Shown piece by piece: positions 25,271 to 51,775 of a stretch of 64,000 nucleotides of DNA. The first letter of the stretch is position 1. Each line of letters starts with the position of its first letter. Below the pieces are notes generated by a model that made no database searches, had not been told where the DNA came from, and worked only from the letters and a program-made list of their open reading frames with translations. Position numbers and translations under genes: made by a program. Where the stretch lies: assembly GCA_002269645.1 (NCBI GenBank), contig NIVC01000642.1, positions 1-64,000 of the forward strand, in the 5' to 3' direction. The stretch comes from Macrostomum lignano. Lineage: Eukaryota.

Positions 25271-25936
25271 TCAATTCCCTCAACAGAGTTGGACCCGCAA
25301 TTAAGTGGGTTGCTATGGGAAATTTATTACCCGACATGTAGCGATGCTTTATTGCTAAATAATTCACCAAGCCGACATACAGAATCAACTCTGGTCATAT
25401 GGCAAGCAGATTTCAGGAGACTCAAAAGTCGGAAAAAACAATACTTTTCCATAGAAAAGACCTTGAAGATTAGTAATTCCTCTGTTAGTACAGCTACGGT
25501 GCAACTCGCATTGGCAAAACAGAAAAGTCCTCTACCAATGGTCTTAGACTAACTGTATAATAAGCTTTTTCTCAGTCGCATAAGATATTAACCTGGCCCA
25601 AGTTGTCTTGTTGAGATGCAACGTCGAGGAGAGAGACAGAGTGAGAGGCGTAGACGAGAGCAAACTTACCTTGACGACAAGTTTAGCTCTGCACTCTCTC
25701 CCTCCCTACTGCAGTCTGTCTCCAGCCTTCCAGAGCACTGCTACCAATTTTCCATTGTCTAATAACGGAGCGCCAGTCTCTCTATCCAGTTTTTCTACTC
25801 TTTATAACCCGATCTGCCCCCGGCCCGGTCCCCTAGCAGTGCAGCAGCTAAAACAGCAGTCTAATCTACAAGATTAATAGCTCATAACTTGAGTAGCAAT
25901 TTGATTTGAGTACTACGAACCTCACATCCCCCAGGC

Positions 25937-31374
<5,438 letters not shown>

Positions 31375-31574
31375 GAGTCCTTCAGCGGTCTGAACTCGGC
31401 AACACTGTCGAGTGCTCACTTTTTTCAATTTTGCTGAGCATACTTGTACGAATAGATAAACGAGACGTCAATCACGCTACAGGTTCACTAAAAAGTACAT
31501 CTAACAGCATCCATAGATAGCGTCGAACTGGACAGCCCGAATGAGTCATTGCAGAAGCCACAATGTGGCGCTAT

Positions 31575-32812
31575 GAGCCTCACTTCACGCAGTGGTGTAC
31601 AGGGGAGCCTTGGGAATTGATTGAAATCAATCAATGAGCCTTACTTCACGTAGTGGTGTACAGGGAGCCTTGGGAATTGATTGAAATCAGTCAATGAGCC
31701 TTACTTCAGGCAGTGGTGTACAGGGGAGCCTTGGGAATTGATTGAAATCAGTCAATGAGCCTTACTTCAGGCAGTGGTGTACAGGGGAGCCTTGGGAATT
31801 GATTGAAATCAGTCAATGAGCCTTACTTCAGGCAGTGGTGTACAGGGGAGCTTTGGGAATTGATTGAAATCAGTCAATGAGCCTCACTTCACGCAGTGGT
31901 GTACAGGGGAGCTTTGGGAATTGATTTAAATCAGTCAATGAGCCTTACTTCAGGCAGTGGTGTACAGGGGAGCCTTGGGAATTGATTGAAATCAGTCAAT
32001 GAGCCTCACTTCACGCAGTGGTGTACAGGGGAGCTTTGGGAATTGATTGAAATCAGTCAATGAGCCTCACTTCAGGCAGTGGTGTACAGGGGAGCCTTGG
32101 GAATTGATTGAAATCAATCAATGAGCCTCACTTCACGCAGTGGTGTACAGGGGAGCCTTGGGAATTGATTGAAATCAGTCAATGAGCATCACTTCACGCA
32201 GTGGTGTACAGGGGAGCCTTGGGAATTGATTGAAATCAGTCAATGAGCCTTACTTCACGCAGTGGTGTACAGGGAGCCTTGGGAATTGATTGAAATCAAT
32301 CAATGAGCCTCACTTCAGGCAGTGGTGTACAGGGGAGCCTTGGGAATTGATTGAAATCAATCAATGAGCCTCACTTCAGGCAGTGGTGTACAGGGGAACC
32401 TTGGGAATTGATTGAAATCAATCAATGAGCCTCACTTCACGCAGTGGTGTACAGGGGAGCCTTGGGAATTGATTGAAATCAGTCAATGAGCATCACTTCA
32501 CGCAGTGGTGTACAGGGAGCCTTGGGAATTGATTGAAATCAGTCAATGAGCCTCACTTCACGCAGTGGTGTACAGGGGAGCCTTGGGAATTGATTGAAAT
32601 CAGTCAATGAGCATCACTTCACGCAGTGGTGTACAGGGGAGCCTTGGGAATTTATTGAAATCAGTCAATGAGCATCACTTCACGCAGTGGTGTACAGGGG
32701 AGCCTTGGGAATTGATTGAAATCAGTCAATGAGCCTCACTTCACGCAGTGGTGTACAGGGGAGCCTTGGGAATTGATTGAAATCAGTCAATGAGCATCAC
32801 TTCCCGCGAGGG
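31575..32812. repeat. 61-bp satellite (ATGAGCCTCACTTCACGCAGTGGTGTACAGGGGAGCCTTGGGAATTGATTGAAATCAGTCA)
   Basis: About 20 contiguous, highly similar copies downstream of tektin; no spacers. Confidence 0.97.
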
Positions 32813-32845
32813 TTGTACAGTCGCCCTCGACTTTCTCATCTGCAG

Positions 32846-32999
<154 letters not shown>

Positions 33000-34231
33000 C
33001 GTGTCTTAATCCCAGGACAACATCCCCGTCCAATTTTTGTGTGGACTTTGACCCCCCTCCCTACTCAGTTTCCAAAAACCGCTGGATCACCAATGCATAG
33101 CCTATTATTAGTGACTGTCGTTATTCATGACCGCTTATCTATCGAACGAGGCTTCATTCTGCGCCCTCGATTTACTGGGCTAACTTTTAATTCTAAGAAA
33201 GCTTTTCTCGCTTCACACTTTCAAGCTGGCTTAGTTTTCTACCTAGAAGTTCAGCCTTAGAACTTCGATTTCTTTACCTACTATCAGAGAGAAAAAATCG
33301 ACACAAACTGTTTTTCACTTTCTCCAGATGTGTGTACCAACATACGTTACTCATTAGGAGAATTCATGCGTCGGCTCTTTATGCGTGTTTTGCCTATTCA
33401 AAAGATATATTTTGGAATATTTATATTTATCTAGCACTGAGCAACCGAGTTATCGTGACTCTCGATCCAGCCCTTCGAGACGAGCAGAAGACATTTTAGA
33501 CAGGAGAATTGCAGCCAAAAAATGCTCCCTTGTCAGCTCAAGAAGCTCAATTTTAATGTCAAAAAGACGAGAAGATTCAGAGATGAGGCGGGGTTTATCC
33601 GCTAGAGCGACCCCCGGCAGACCAAAATTTGGGTCACGCAAGAGACGACAGACCGCGGAGCAGTGGCTGAAGGCGCGCCTCTCAGAGGTCACGTGACCTC
33701 GGCTGCTCTGTTGCTACCAGCTGCTCGGTAAAATGATTTATAACAAGAATTTTCCTTTTTTAACGCTCGATATATTCTAATTTTGTCTTCTTTAATACTT
33801 TTCTTGTGAAATTTCTCTTCTCTTTGATTCAGATAAAGTTATAGTCTGCGAGCTGCTCAGAAATTAATATATGCTATTCCTATTTTTTACTAATTGGTTG
33901 GAACAGTGCTGAAATTTTTTAATTATCTTTGACCAATTGACGCGCCAAGCTACTATAGCTAATCCATTTTGGCTAAATCCCCTTGGCACTTGCAGTCTGT
34001 TTGCGCACTCGCGCGCGCAGTGAGGCTGGCATGATTTCGAGCAGTGCTCCTGAAATATTCATTGGCCGCGCACAATGACTGAGCTCACTTCCCACTGTAC
34101 TTGTATCGTGATAGTAAGACATTGAGACGTGATAATGAGACTTCATTAATCATTAGATAGCGAGAATAGACTGTTTTGGGGTAAATTGGAGATGAGCTGT
34201 TCCGGAGGGAAGCGAGTATGAGAGGGGATTG

Positions 34232-34770
34232 TGGGAGCATGGGGTAGTGGGGTGGTGGGATCATGGGGTAGTGGGATCATTGGGGTAGTGGGGTCATGGG
34301 GTAGTGGGATCATGGGATAGTGGGATGGTGGGATCATGGGGTAGTGGGATGGTTGGATCATGGGATTATGGGGTAGTGGGATGGCGGGATCATGGGGTAG
34401 TGGGATGGTGGGATAGTGGGATCATGGGATCATGGGGTAGTGGGATAGTGGGATCATGGGGTAGTGGAATAGTGGGATCATGGGATCATGGGGTAGTGGG
34501 ATAGTGGGATCATGGGGTAGTGGGATAGTGGGATCACGGGGTAGTGGGATAGTGGGATAGTGGGATAGTGGGATCATGGGGTAGTGGGATAGTGGGATCA
34601 TGGGATCATGGGGTAGTGGGATAGTGGGATCATTGGATCATGTGGTAGTGGGATAGTGGGATCATGGGGTAGTGGGATAGTGGGATAGTGGGATAGTGGG
34701 ATCATGGGGTAGTGGGATAGTGGGATCATGGGGTAGTGGGATGGTTGGATCATGGGATCATGGGTTCATT
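34232..34770. repeat. G-rich minisatellite (GGGATCATGGGGTAGTGGGATAGT)
   Basis: 8-9-bp modules, each with a G3-G4 run. Confidence 0.95.
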
Positions 34771-37641
34771 AGATCGTGGGTTAGTAAGATCATGGTTTAA
34801 TGGGATTGGGTTATCGCTGGGATCATTGAATCATAGCACCGGTGCATGCATTTAAATGATCATTGTCTGGTGGGAGTAAGTGACCATGAGATACCTGTAT
34901 TTGGATCTTGAAATAGCTATAGATCTGGAGGTGAGGAGCATTCGCAAAACGCCGTCTGACCAACGGCTGTAGAGCTGCTTGACTGCAGACCACCCAAGAA
35001 ATCCAAGCCAATCCGAATCGAGCTGGCAGCCGCCTCCCCATCCCCAGACTCCGACTCGGGACTGCAGATTAAAACACCATCTAGCTCAGCATCGCCTCAG
35101 CTTCGCATCCGCTATCGATCTGGCTGAAACGTGGCCGGTCGAGTTCGAGAAAAGGTAATTCGCAATCCGGAATTAATTATACTACAGTCATATTCGTCTG
35201 CGTTTCCGGTTTTTGTTGGAAAGTCCAGAGAGAAAAAAATCGTCTACAGTTCAAACGCCTACGCTTAGCGCACTTTCTCCCCTTCGAAACTTTTGTCAGC
35301 ACTCGCCCCCCCCCCCTGAAGTCTCTCGGCACAGACATTATTTATCTCCTCATCGAGGTCGAGACATCCGGCCGTAGGCCGGAAGCTGAGGCTCCTACCC
35401 CATCTCAACGCCTTCTTCTCGGTAATTATCAGGTGAGGGCATTTCCCAGGCTAGGTCGAGGCGCTGTAAACACGGCCTGCCGTCTCTTATCTGCTAGAGA
35501 GCCATCGAATCTCCCCATCGGATTCTGAGAAGGGTTTGGGGGCAGGAGAGGAGAGGAGAGGAGGCGAAGGCCCCCGATACGGTCTCTGGCAGCAGATGGA
35601 CAGCGGGTATTACAGTCTCACACTGCCTGCGTGCACATATATGCTCTCGCGCATACGTGCATAATTGCATGTATGCTGCGGCCAGCCGAGCGAGCAGAAA
35701 CATCTCGCGATAGGTGGCGGCACAGTCTGTCGACAAACTGGCCATTCGGCTCATTCGATCATCTGAAATATTTGCCTAAGCACGGCTGTCGCCTCGCATC
35801 TCTGTCCGGGCTCCTGTTTCTCAGCCGACTGATTTATTCAACACCGATGGGATATTTCTCCCAAATTTCGTGGCCCGTAGTCTCTCCCTTGGGGCGACGG
35901 CACCTCAAGCGGTCTGAGGTCTTTAATTCTCGCACGCCCGAAGCTCAGATGTTTTAATTCTCTCTGGCGGTATGCAAATCGCGGATGCTGCTTCTGCGGC
36001 GGATTTCTTGCAGTGCCCTCCCGTCGACAAAATAAACAAAATAGACACCAATTCTGGCCTGCAGAAGTACACTGCTGCTTTTTTATCCTTTTCGAGTCTA
36101 CAAGAGATGGGATTTCCTTCGGGATGCACTTCCCAAGTACCCATACCAAGTGACCACTTAAAAAAAGATTATTGCAGGAAAGCTGTGGAAGCCCTGGCGC
36201 AGCGCACAGAATAGAACTAGGGGTCGTGTCGCGAGAATCAAATGCGTTCCTTGCCAACCAGACCCTCCAGAGACCCTTGAGACCGTCAACAGTGAACCAG
36301 GGCGACAGTGTGCGGCACTGCTCAACGCTTTATCTGCGAACTAACCTTGGGGGTGACAGGAAAGAATAATTGCAAGAAAGATTTAATATTTTAATGGTCT
36401 GGTGCCGATCTGCTGTTGCAAACACAACACCCATGACGCACTCCTTACCCGAGGCGTCAAGACCCGCTTTCAGGGCGATTAATTTTGTGTTTTTTTTCAA
36501 CCCTGATCGGCTCACACTGAGCAGTAATTAGCGAATTGGTTCCTAACAAGGCATGCGCGCCCGACGGCGGAGGCGGCCTAACAACCCGCATGGAAGTCAT
36601 GGAAGCAGACTCAAGAGCTGCAGTGTAAACATGCTTGCTTCCGGCTTCGAGAAATGAAATGCAGCGATGATATTGAAATTACTTACGGGGGCTGCTTGAG
36701 GGCGGCGTCAGAGGTGACGAAATGCGCCATGGGAGGCGGCTGGTCTCATGTCAGGCCGACACTTGCTGCTGGCGAGTGGAGATGAGGGCGCTTTACGCCC
36801 CCGTCTGACCATGAGCACGTATCATGCTCCTGACACCCCATTGCTACCGCTCCTGACACTCCCTTTCTGACACTCTTGACACCTAATACATCTCCTGTCT
36901 CCTGACCCCAATATAGCTCCTGACACTCTTACTTACTTACTTTTTTTACTTGACTTTTACGTACTTACTTGACACTCTTACTTAAGCTCCTGACACCCAA
37001 TATAGCTCCTGACACCCAATATAGCTCCTGACACCCAATGTTGCTCCAGGTTCAGAATGCTCGTTTAAAAGCACATCGTAAATATAGAAAATTCCTTGAA
37101 AAACCTACACACACGAAGGTACTCCTTCAAAACTGCATGATTATGAGCAAAAACTATACAAATACGAGCTAATCGACACAGAAAACGCAGATTCTACAGG
37201 AAGTCACCTTCGGTCCTCGTCCTTCTCTTATTATAAGAGCGCATTGCCTCAGTTTTGTCCTCTGCTAGCAATTATAACTATAAACTCATTTACTAATTCT
37301 CTTTGACCAGGATCACCTCCATCCCACCTCCTCACCTGCCTCACTAGTCAATCCCAATCTTGAGCCTACTCAAGTACTTATACATATAAAGGCCTAGGCC
37401 CTATTTTCACCTTACTTATAACTGCTACCGATAAAGCACTCGCACATTTGAATCATGCTGTGTGTGCAACTGGGATAAAGGTGGTGATAAATATTCATCT
37501 TACAGACACCCACGCCCGACGACAGCGAGTCTGCTTGCTTTTGAGGAGCCATAAATCATCGATGCCAAGCTTATATCGGCTCCTCATCCGAACCACCGTA
37601 CAGAGAGCCACGTCAGTCATAAACAGGACGTACTTGTAGTT

Positions 37642-38560
<919 letters not shown>

Positions 38561-39059
38561 TCGAGAACACTGTTAATTATTCGGTAGTTGGGTAGAGCCG
38601 GCCCGCTGTCAGCAGCTCAAAGCTGATGTTGCACGCCTCCCCCCCCCTCATTTTCCGTACCCACGCGAGTTGCAGACCAGAAAACACACACACACACACA
38701 GTGTGGAAGGGTCGCTCCCTCACTGGCTGCCAAAAACTCCTCCTCTATCCCTCTCTCCTTCCCTATGCTTCCGTCCGCCGAGAGCAGGCAGGGTGCCGTC
38801 AGGGTGGGCGCAGCGGCTGAGCTCAGTTGACTGAGTTCAGGGGATTGGAAGGAAGGCAAAGGAGAGATGGAGAGGGAAGTGCGGAGAGTCATGCGGTGCT
38901 GCTGAGGAGGGGAGTTGGTGGTGTCTCAAGCTGAGCCTGGACTCAGCCGACTTGACCCGCTCCCTTGGCTCCCCCAGCCCCGTTTTATCTACATCAGAGC
39001 CGGTGTATTCAATCCAGCGTCAAAGTCTCACCCTCAACACCGAAACGGAGCCACTCGCG

Positions 39060-39230
39060 ATGAAGCCAGGCAGCTTCCTGAGCGTCAACCGGCGGTTGTG
39101 CATCGGCGTGACGGTCGGCCTGCTGCTGGAGACCGCGCTGCTCTGCTACCTGCTCATGCTGGAGCACACCGCGGCCCGAAGCCGCTGTCCCGTCAGGAGA
39201 AGACGCTTGACGATGTGCTGCAGGATTTGA
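39060..39230 (+). CDS. Small single-pass membrane ORF (56 aa), or last exon of a longer gene
   Basis: MKPGSFLSVNRRLCIGVTVGLLLETALLCYLLMLEHTAA...; strong C/G third-position bias like real exons; one hydrophobic helix; acceptor CTCCCCCAG at 38977 upstream. Confidence 0.45.
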   Translation: MKPGSFLSVNRRLCIGVTVGLLLETALLCYLLMLEHTAARSRCPVRRRRLTMCCRI

Positions 39231-39642
39231 CTGGTCGTTGATTTACGCTGAAGCGAATTTTTAGAGCTCAATCTGAGTAAACGACGCGCAAAGATATCCT
39301 TAAAGCATTTAAACCTAAAACGATAGCGTGGTTAGTGGTTAGTAACTCCTGACGGGTTGAAACACCCGTTGATGGCCTGATTTGAGCTTGTTTGTGAAAA
39401 AATACAATGAGCCTCACTAAATTTATTAAAACAAAATTTTTGGCAGGTTTTCAATGTCTTTCTACCTTTTACAAATATTACAAGCAATTGAAAAAGATGT
39501 AACTTACAATCAGTCATTTTTGCAATCGAATTCTGCTGTCGTTTCTAAGAAATTCCTTCTGTAATCAACTCATTTCAGTTGCAAACTTGTCTCGATCTGT
39601 TGCTACAGCAAAGAATTGGCCAAGAAAAACAAAAGTACAATT

Positions 39643-40721
39643 ATGCGACTGTACTCGCTGCAGCTGGTGTACAAGCAGGACAATCGCGTCACACCGCTGG
39701 TTGCCGCTCACGATCTGTCATCGTTCGGCTTCTTTGAACGGAAAACGTGAGCGTGTATTAGGTTCCACCTGAACTGCAAATTAGGTTCCACCTGAACTAT
39801 AAATTAGGTTCCACCTGAAGTGAAATTAGATGCCATTGAAGTGAATATCTGTACTTGAAATGTTCATCATTCCATCACTAATCACTAAGCCGAATACTTC
39901 AACTCTCTTTCGCCATCGCACAGGGCCAAGGAGTTCATGGACTTCACCGGCAAGCTAATTGTGGAGCGGTCGGCCCCGGACTCCGGGCGCAGCCAGGTGC
40001 CCGAGCAGTCCTACATCTGCCATTGCTTTGTCCGCAACGACAAACTGGCCGGAATCTGCATCTCGGACAGCGAGTACCCGGCCAGGGTGGCTCAGAGTCT
40101 TCTCAGCCAGGTGCTAATTGACGTATATACGTGCTCGTAATAGAAATTACCTAACTGCTGTGTCAGCGGTGTCTTTGATTTGAATAATTCTTTTAACTTT
40201 CAGGTGATGGATGACTTCACGGAGTACTATCCGCCAAGTAGCTGGCAGACTTTTCAACCATAGTGAGTCTGAATTTAGTCATTGCTTAATCGTTTTTAAT
40301 TATTGGCTGTTAAAGCTAAGTATGCAGCTATTGATTTTAGAATGGAAAATTCCATAGAAGTAAACTCCAGTAGTAGTTTGTATGATGGAAACTTCCATAG
40401 CGGAAAATTCTAAAAGTACTTTTAGAACGGAAATTTCCATATCAGAAACTCCCAACCAATAAAACTCGTAGCCAAGCGCAGTTCAAGCAGCTGGAGGCTG
40501 AACTCGCCCGCTACCAGGACCCCAAGAAGGCGGACACGTTGTCAAAAGTTCAAGGCGACGTCAACGATACCAAAGCTATCATGACGCAGACGATGGAGAA
40601 TCTGCTAGACCGCGGTGAGAAGCTGGACGATCTGGTCGCTCGATCGGACGCACTCAGCGCCCAGAGCAAAGCCTTTTACGAGACGGCCAAGAGGACCCGC
40701 AGGTGTTGCAACGCGCTGTGA
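39643..40721 (+). CDS. YKT6: Synaptobrevin homolog YKT6 (longin R-SNARE), 199 aa
   Basis: join(39643-39746,39924-40110,40204-40262,40472-40721) = 600 nt. MRLYSL..HDLSSFGFFER longin start, YQDPKKAD, R-SNARE LLDRGEKLDDLV, C-terminal CCNAL prenylation motif. Confidence 0.97.
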
Positions 40722-40924
40722 AGTGGACCAGGGCAAGGGATAATAAGCACTTCTGGAGCCGGCGAAGCCCCTCTTTTTGGACAACCCACTTAATTATAAA
40801 CCGTCATTATATTAGCAAACAACATTGGTATTCGCCGTTGAATATGGGTGCGCAGCTATTTTCTTTTGCGAGCTTTTGGTGTATATAATCTCGAATTGTT
40901 AACTTATTATGACATGGAACATTA

Positions 40925-41085
40925 GATAGACACTTGATAAACTGACACGTCGCATGTTAGATAGACACCTGTTAGACAGAGCGTCATTTGTTAGACAGTG
41001 ATGTCACCACTTAGACACAGATGCCACCTGTTAAATAGACACGTCGCATGTTAGACACCTGTTAGACTTAGGCGTCACCTATAGT
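40925..41085. repeat. Short degenerate copy of the 20-bp CACCTGTTAGACA satellite
   Basis: About 7 diverged units related to 42833-44893. Confidence 0.75.
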
Positions 41086-42832
41086 TCTTATATAGAGACG
41101 TGCCATTGGTGTTTCACATCCTCCAAATTTCGTATTAATTCCATTGACATTAGATTTCCCAATCCCCAATCGTCAAGGCTCCTACAATTCCTAATACCTG
41201 GTAGAAGGTCAGTTAAATTCTATACCAAGTGGTAATTGTTTTTACATAGATGTATATATATTCCACCTGTCATCTGTCAGTGCAATAATCTCATTTTAAA
41301 AAACTCATTTCAGTAAGTTTTGTGCAACTTACGTCTTTCCAGGCATGTCAAAACAACAAAAACCGCTTACTGTTTGCAACGATTTTCCATTTTGTTGGTA
41401 GACAGAAACCCGCAGATGCTCTGCCAGTACGCGTCGCCAGTGTTTAAAGTTAATAGTGTAGTCTCAACTGAGCCAGTATTGTTCTTATTGCAATATCGTT
41501 GAGCTGGAATGACTTTTTAGCTAATTTTGTCTCTTTAGCGGATCTAGCTGTTTTTTATTTTTCTGTCGCTTGTTTCGTTTGTCTCGCACTTTCCCATTTT
41601 TGTCAATTGTCAGTCTCCCAATCGCAATCTTATTTTTTAGTATAGTGGACTAGCCATTTTTGCCCCCCCCCTTCGTGGAGGCAACAAAGAAAGAAAATTA
41701 AAAGATTTAATAAAGTATAGAAAATGTAGCTTTAGACCTTGTACAGTCACTGTTAGTTTCTTAAGAAAAAATACGTTTATTTGCATTAAGCGTCCGTCCT
41801 GAAAGCCAGCTGTCTAGCCTAAGATATCAGCACCTCCTTTGAGCTTTGGCATCAAAGCCGCCCTCAAGCCATGGCTTAACTCTAAGCCTAACTCTCCACT
41901 AGGCAACTTTCTTTTATAAATGAAATTTGCTGGAAACAATACGTCTAGAAAATCGCACATTATACAGGTTAAACAACAACTGGAATTACTTTTTCAACTG
42001 TGCTTGTTTGCCGGTCTCCCAGGAAATTTTAACAAAACGCATACTTACTTAATTAGTAGTTTCGGAAGTTGAGATGGTGAATTATCAATGGTAAACAGTG
42101 ATCTTTGCAACTAATCGCTTTAATGTCACTGCTCGCTGTTTAAAAAAAACAAAAAACTGTTGATTGTATTGTTTTTCGCTTCAAATATTGCATTCGTCCG
42201 GTCTGCATCTGTGCAGCTGTTTACTTACCCCAGATTTCTGACTTATTAGCTAATTCTCGTATTATCTCACCTTATGCTTGTTATTGCCCCCCGAGCTTAA
42301 AAATTTTGTTTGTTAAAAAGCGGATTAAGGACCTTTTGAATGATTTGAAATATTTGACAAAAAATACACGCGCTTTCTGTCGTCAAATTTTTATCTCTGC
42401 GGCCTCTGTAGGGGAGGGGGGTTGGGTTTAAGGACGTCGAGCTGCATGGACTACTATTTAGTGGCTCGAAGATAGCAAAGTTGAAATACTAAATAGTGCA
42501 AGTGAGATTTGTTAACTCAGGACTTAACTGGTTTCGGCTTATCAGCTTCTCTTATCAGTGAGCAATTGTGAAAGGTGCCAGAGCAAAGGTTTCATAAAAA
42601 CTGTTTTTTAACGGCGAATGATTTAAAAGAAAGCTTTTACCCAGCGAGCTAAGCAAATAGGGTCGCCCAGCAAATTCTAAGTTCAGGTAAGTTAGCTTTT
42701 ATCGTCACTTCATTAAGAAATTGCCCGATGCTTGTTAGACTGATGTAAAATGTTGGATTAATACCTGTTAGAGATAATGCGACGAGTAATTAGTCAAAAG
42801 CGGGACCTGGTTGAACAGAAACGTCCTCTGGA

Positions 42833-44893
42833 AGACAGACACGTCACCTGTTAGACAGAGGCATCACTTGTTAGACAGAGACGCCACCTGTTAGACAGAG
42901 ACGCCACCTGTTAGGCAGAGACGCCACCTGTTAGACAGAGACGCCACCTGTTAGACAGACACGTCACCTGTTAGACAGAGACGCCACCTGTTAGACAGAG
43001 GCGCCACCTGTTAGACAGACACGTCACCTGTTAGACAGACACGTCACCTGTTAGACAGACACGTCACCTGTTAGACAGAGACGTCACCTGTTAGACAGAC
43101 ACGTCACCTGTTAGACAGACACGTCACCTGTTAGACAGAGACGTCACCTGTTAGACAGACACGTCACCTGTTAGACAGAGACGCCACCTGTTAGACAGAG
43201 GCGCCACCTGTTAGACAGACACGTCACCTGTTAGACAGACACGTCACCTGTTAGACAGAGGCGCCACCTGTTAGACAGAGACGCCACCTGTTAGACAGAC
43301 ACGTCACCTGTTAGACAGACACGTCACCTGTTAGACAGACACGTCACCTGTTAGACAGACACGTCACCTGTTAGACAGACACGTCACCTGTTAGACAGAG
43401 ACGTCACCTGTTAGACAGACACGTCACCTGTTAGACAGACACGTCACCTGTTAGACAGAGGCGCCACCTGTTAGACAGACACGCCACCTGTTAGACAGAG
43501 GCGCCACCTGTTAGACAGACACATCACCTGTTAGACAGACACGTCACCTGTTAGACAGACACGTCACCTGTTAGACAGAGACGTCACCTGTTAGACAGAC
43601 ACGTCACCTGTTAGACAGACACGTCACCTGTTAGACAGAGACGTCACCTGTTAGACAGACACGTCACCTGTTAGACAGACACGTCACCAGTTAGACAGAG
43701 ACGTCACCTGTTAGACAGACACGTCACCTGTTAGACAGACACGTCACCTGTTAGACAGAGACATCACCTGTTAGACAGACACGTCACCTGTTAGACAGAC
43801 ACGTCACCTGTTAGACAGACACGTCACCTGTTAGACAGACACGTCACCTGTTAGACAGACACGTCACCTGTTAGACAGAGACGTCACCTGTTAGACAGAC
43901 ACGTCACCTGTTAGACAGACACGTCACCTGTTAGACAGAGACGTCACCTGTTAGACAGACACGTCACCTGTTAGACAGACACGTCACCTGTTAGACAGAC
44001 ACATCACCTGTTAGACAGACACGTCACCTGTTAGACAGACACGTCACCTGTTAGACAGAGACGTCACCTGTTAGACAGACACGTCACCTGTTAGACAGAC
44101 ACGTCACCTGTTAGACAGAGACGTCACCTGTTAGACAGACACGTCACCTGTTAGACAGAGACGCCACCTGTTAGACAGAGACGCCACCTGTTAGACAGAG
44201 ACGCCACCTGTTAGAAAGAGACGCCACCTGTTAGACAGAGACGCCACCTGTTAGACAGACACGCCACCTGTTAGACAGACACGTCACCTGTTAGACAGAC
44301 ACGTCACCTGTTAGACAGACACGTCACCTGTTAGAAAGAGACGCCACCTGTTAGACAGAGACGCCACCTGTTAGACAGACACGCCACCTGTTAGACAGAC
44401 ACGTCACCTGTTAGACAGACACGTCACCTGTTAGACAGAGACGCCACCTGTTAGAAAGAGACGCCACCTGTTAGACAGACACGTCACCTGTTAGACAGAG
44501 ACGCCACCTGTTAGACAGAGACGCCACCTGTTAGACAGACACGCCACCTGTTAGACAGAGACGCCACCTGTTAGACAGAGACGCCACCTGTTAGACAGAG
44601 ACGCCACCTGTTAGAAAGAGACGCCACCTGTTAGACAGAGACGCCACCTGTTAGACAGAGACGCCACCTGTTAGACAGACACGCCACCTGTTAGACAGAC
44701 ACGTCACCTGTTAGACAGACACGTCACCTGTTAGACAGACACGTCACCTGTTAGAAAGAGACGCCACCTGTTAGACAGAGACGCCACCTGTTAGACAGAC
44801 ACGCCACCTGTTAGACAGACACGTCACCTGTTAGACAGACACGTCACCTGTTAGACAGAGACGTCACCTGTTAGACAGAGGCGCCACCTGTTA
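42833..44893. repeat. 20-bp satellite (ACGTCACCTGTTAGACAGAC), ~103 copies
   Basis: Exact 20-bp register over 2 kb with few variant positions; ends ~260 bp upstream of the SLC5 start. Confidence 0.99.
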
Positions 44894-45154
44894 GTTTGGG
44901 ATTTCTGAAACTGCATGTCTGAAAGGCAGGGGTATTAAAAGGGCACGTCAGCTTGAGCGCGCTCCGGATTAAACGAATTGCAATCGGTAATCCTCGGACA
45001 AGTCGACAAGAAATTCGAGACAGTCAAACGCAGTCGTTTATTTGGAGACCCAAAGGAAGAATGTGCACCTTTTGCACCTGTTTTTAGGGCTCAAGCAAAC
45101 TGAGTTTAACAGCCGAAGTCAAACCAAGAAAAGAGCAGCGCAGCTCAAAGCCCT

Positions 45155-51419
<6,265 letters not shown>

Positions 51420-51775
51420 CGCTACACGAAGAAAGGATTTTTTCCCTTTTTTAAGCACCTTTGAATAAAGGTGCAAAAACCAAGGGATAAAATGGTTCCA
51501 TAGGGCCGATTGATAAGCTTTTACACTACTGTTAGTAGTTCGGGCTTAGATTAATGTTAGAGTTAGGATAGAAAATAGAAAAGGTATTTGCGGGTTTCTA
51601 TACTAATAAAAAGCAGTTGGGCTCAATGGGAAGAACAGAATAAGTTCAGTTATAGGTTAAATTCATAGCAGGTACTCCAAATGCTCGTAGATTAAGCTAG
51701 ATATTTTCTACGTTTTCTGTTTCTTTGCGTTTCTGTCTTCTATTGCTGGCCCGGGTGGGGAACAAATATTTTTCT

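Noticed and set aside
31575-32812. CRISPR-like appearance of the 61-bp, 20-bp and hairpin arrays
   Set aside because: Units are contiguous with no unique spacers, there are no cas genes, and the DNA is eukaryotic.
35490-37640. Several 60-140-aa ORFs between tektin and YKT6
   Set aside because: No recognisable motifs, no consistent exon chain and overlapping frames; could be decayed TE sequence but cannot be supported.
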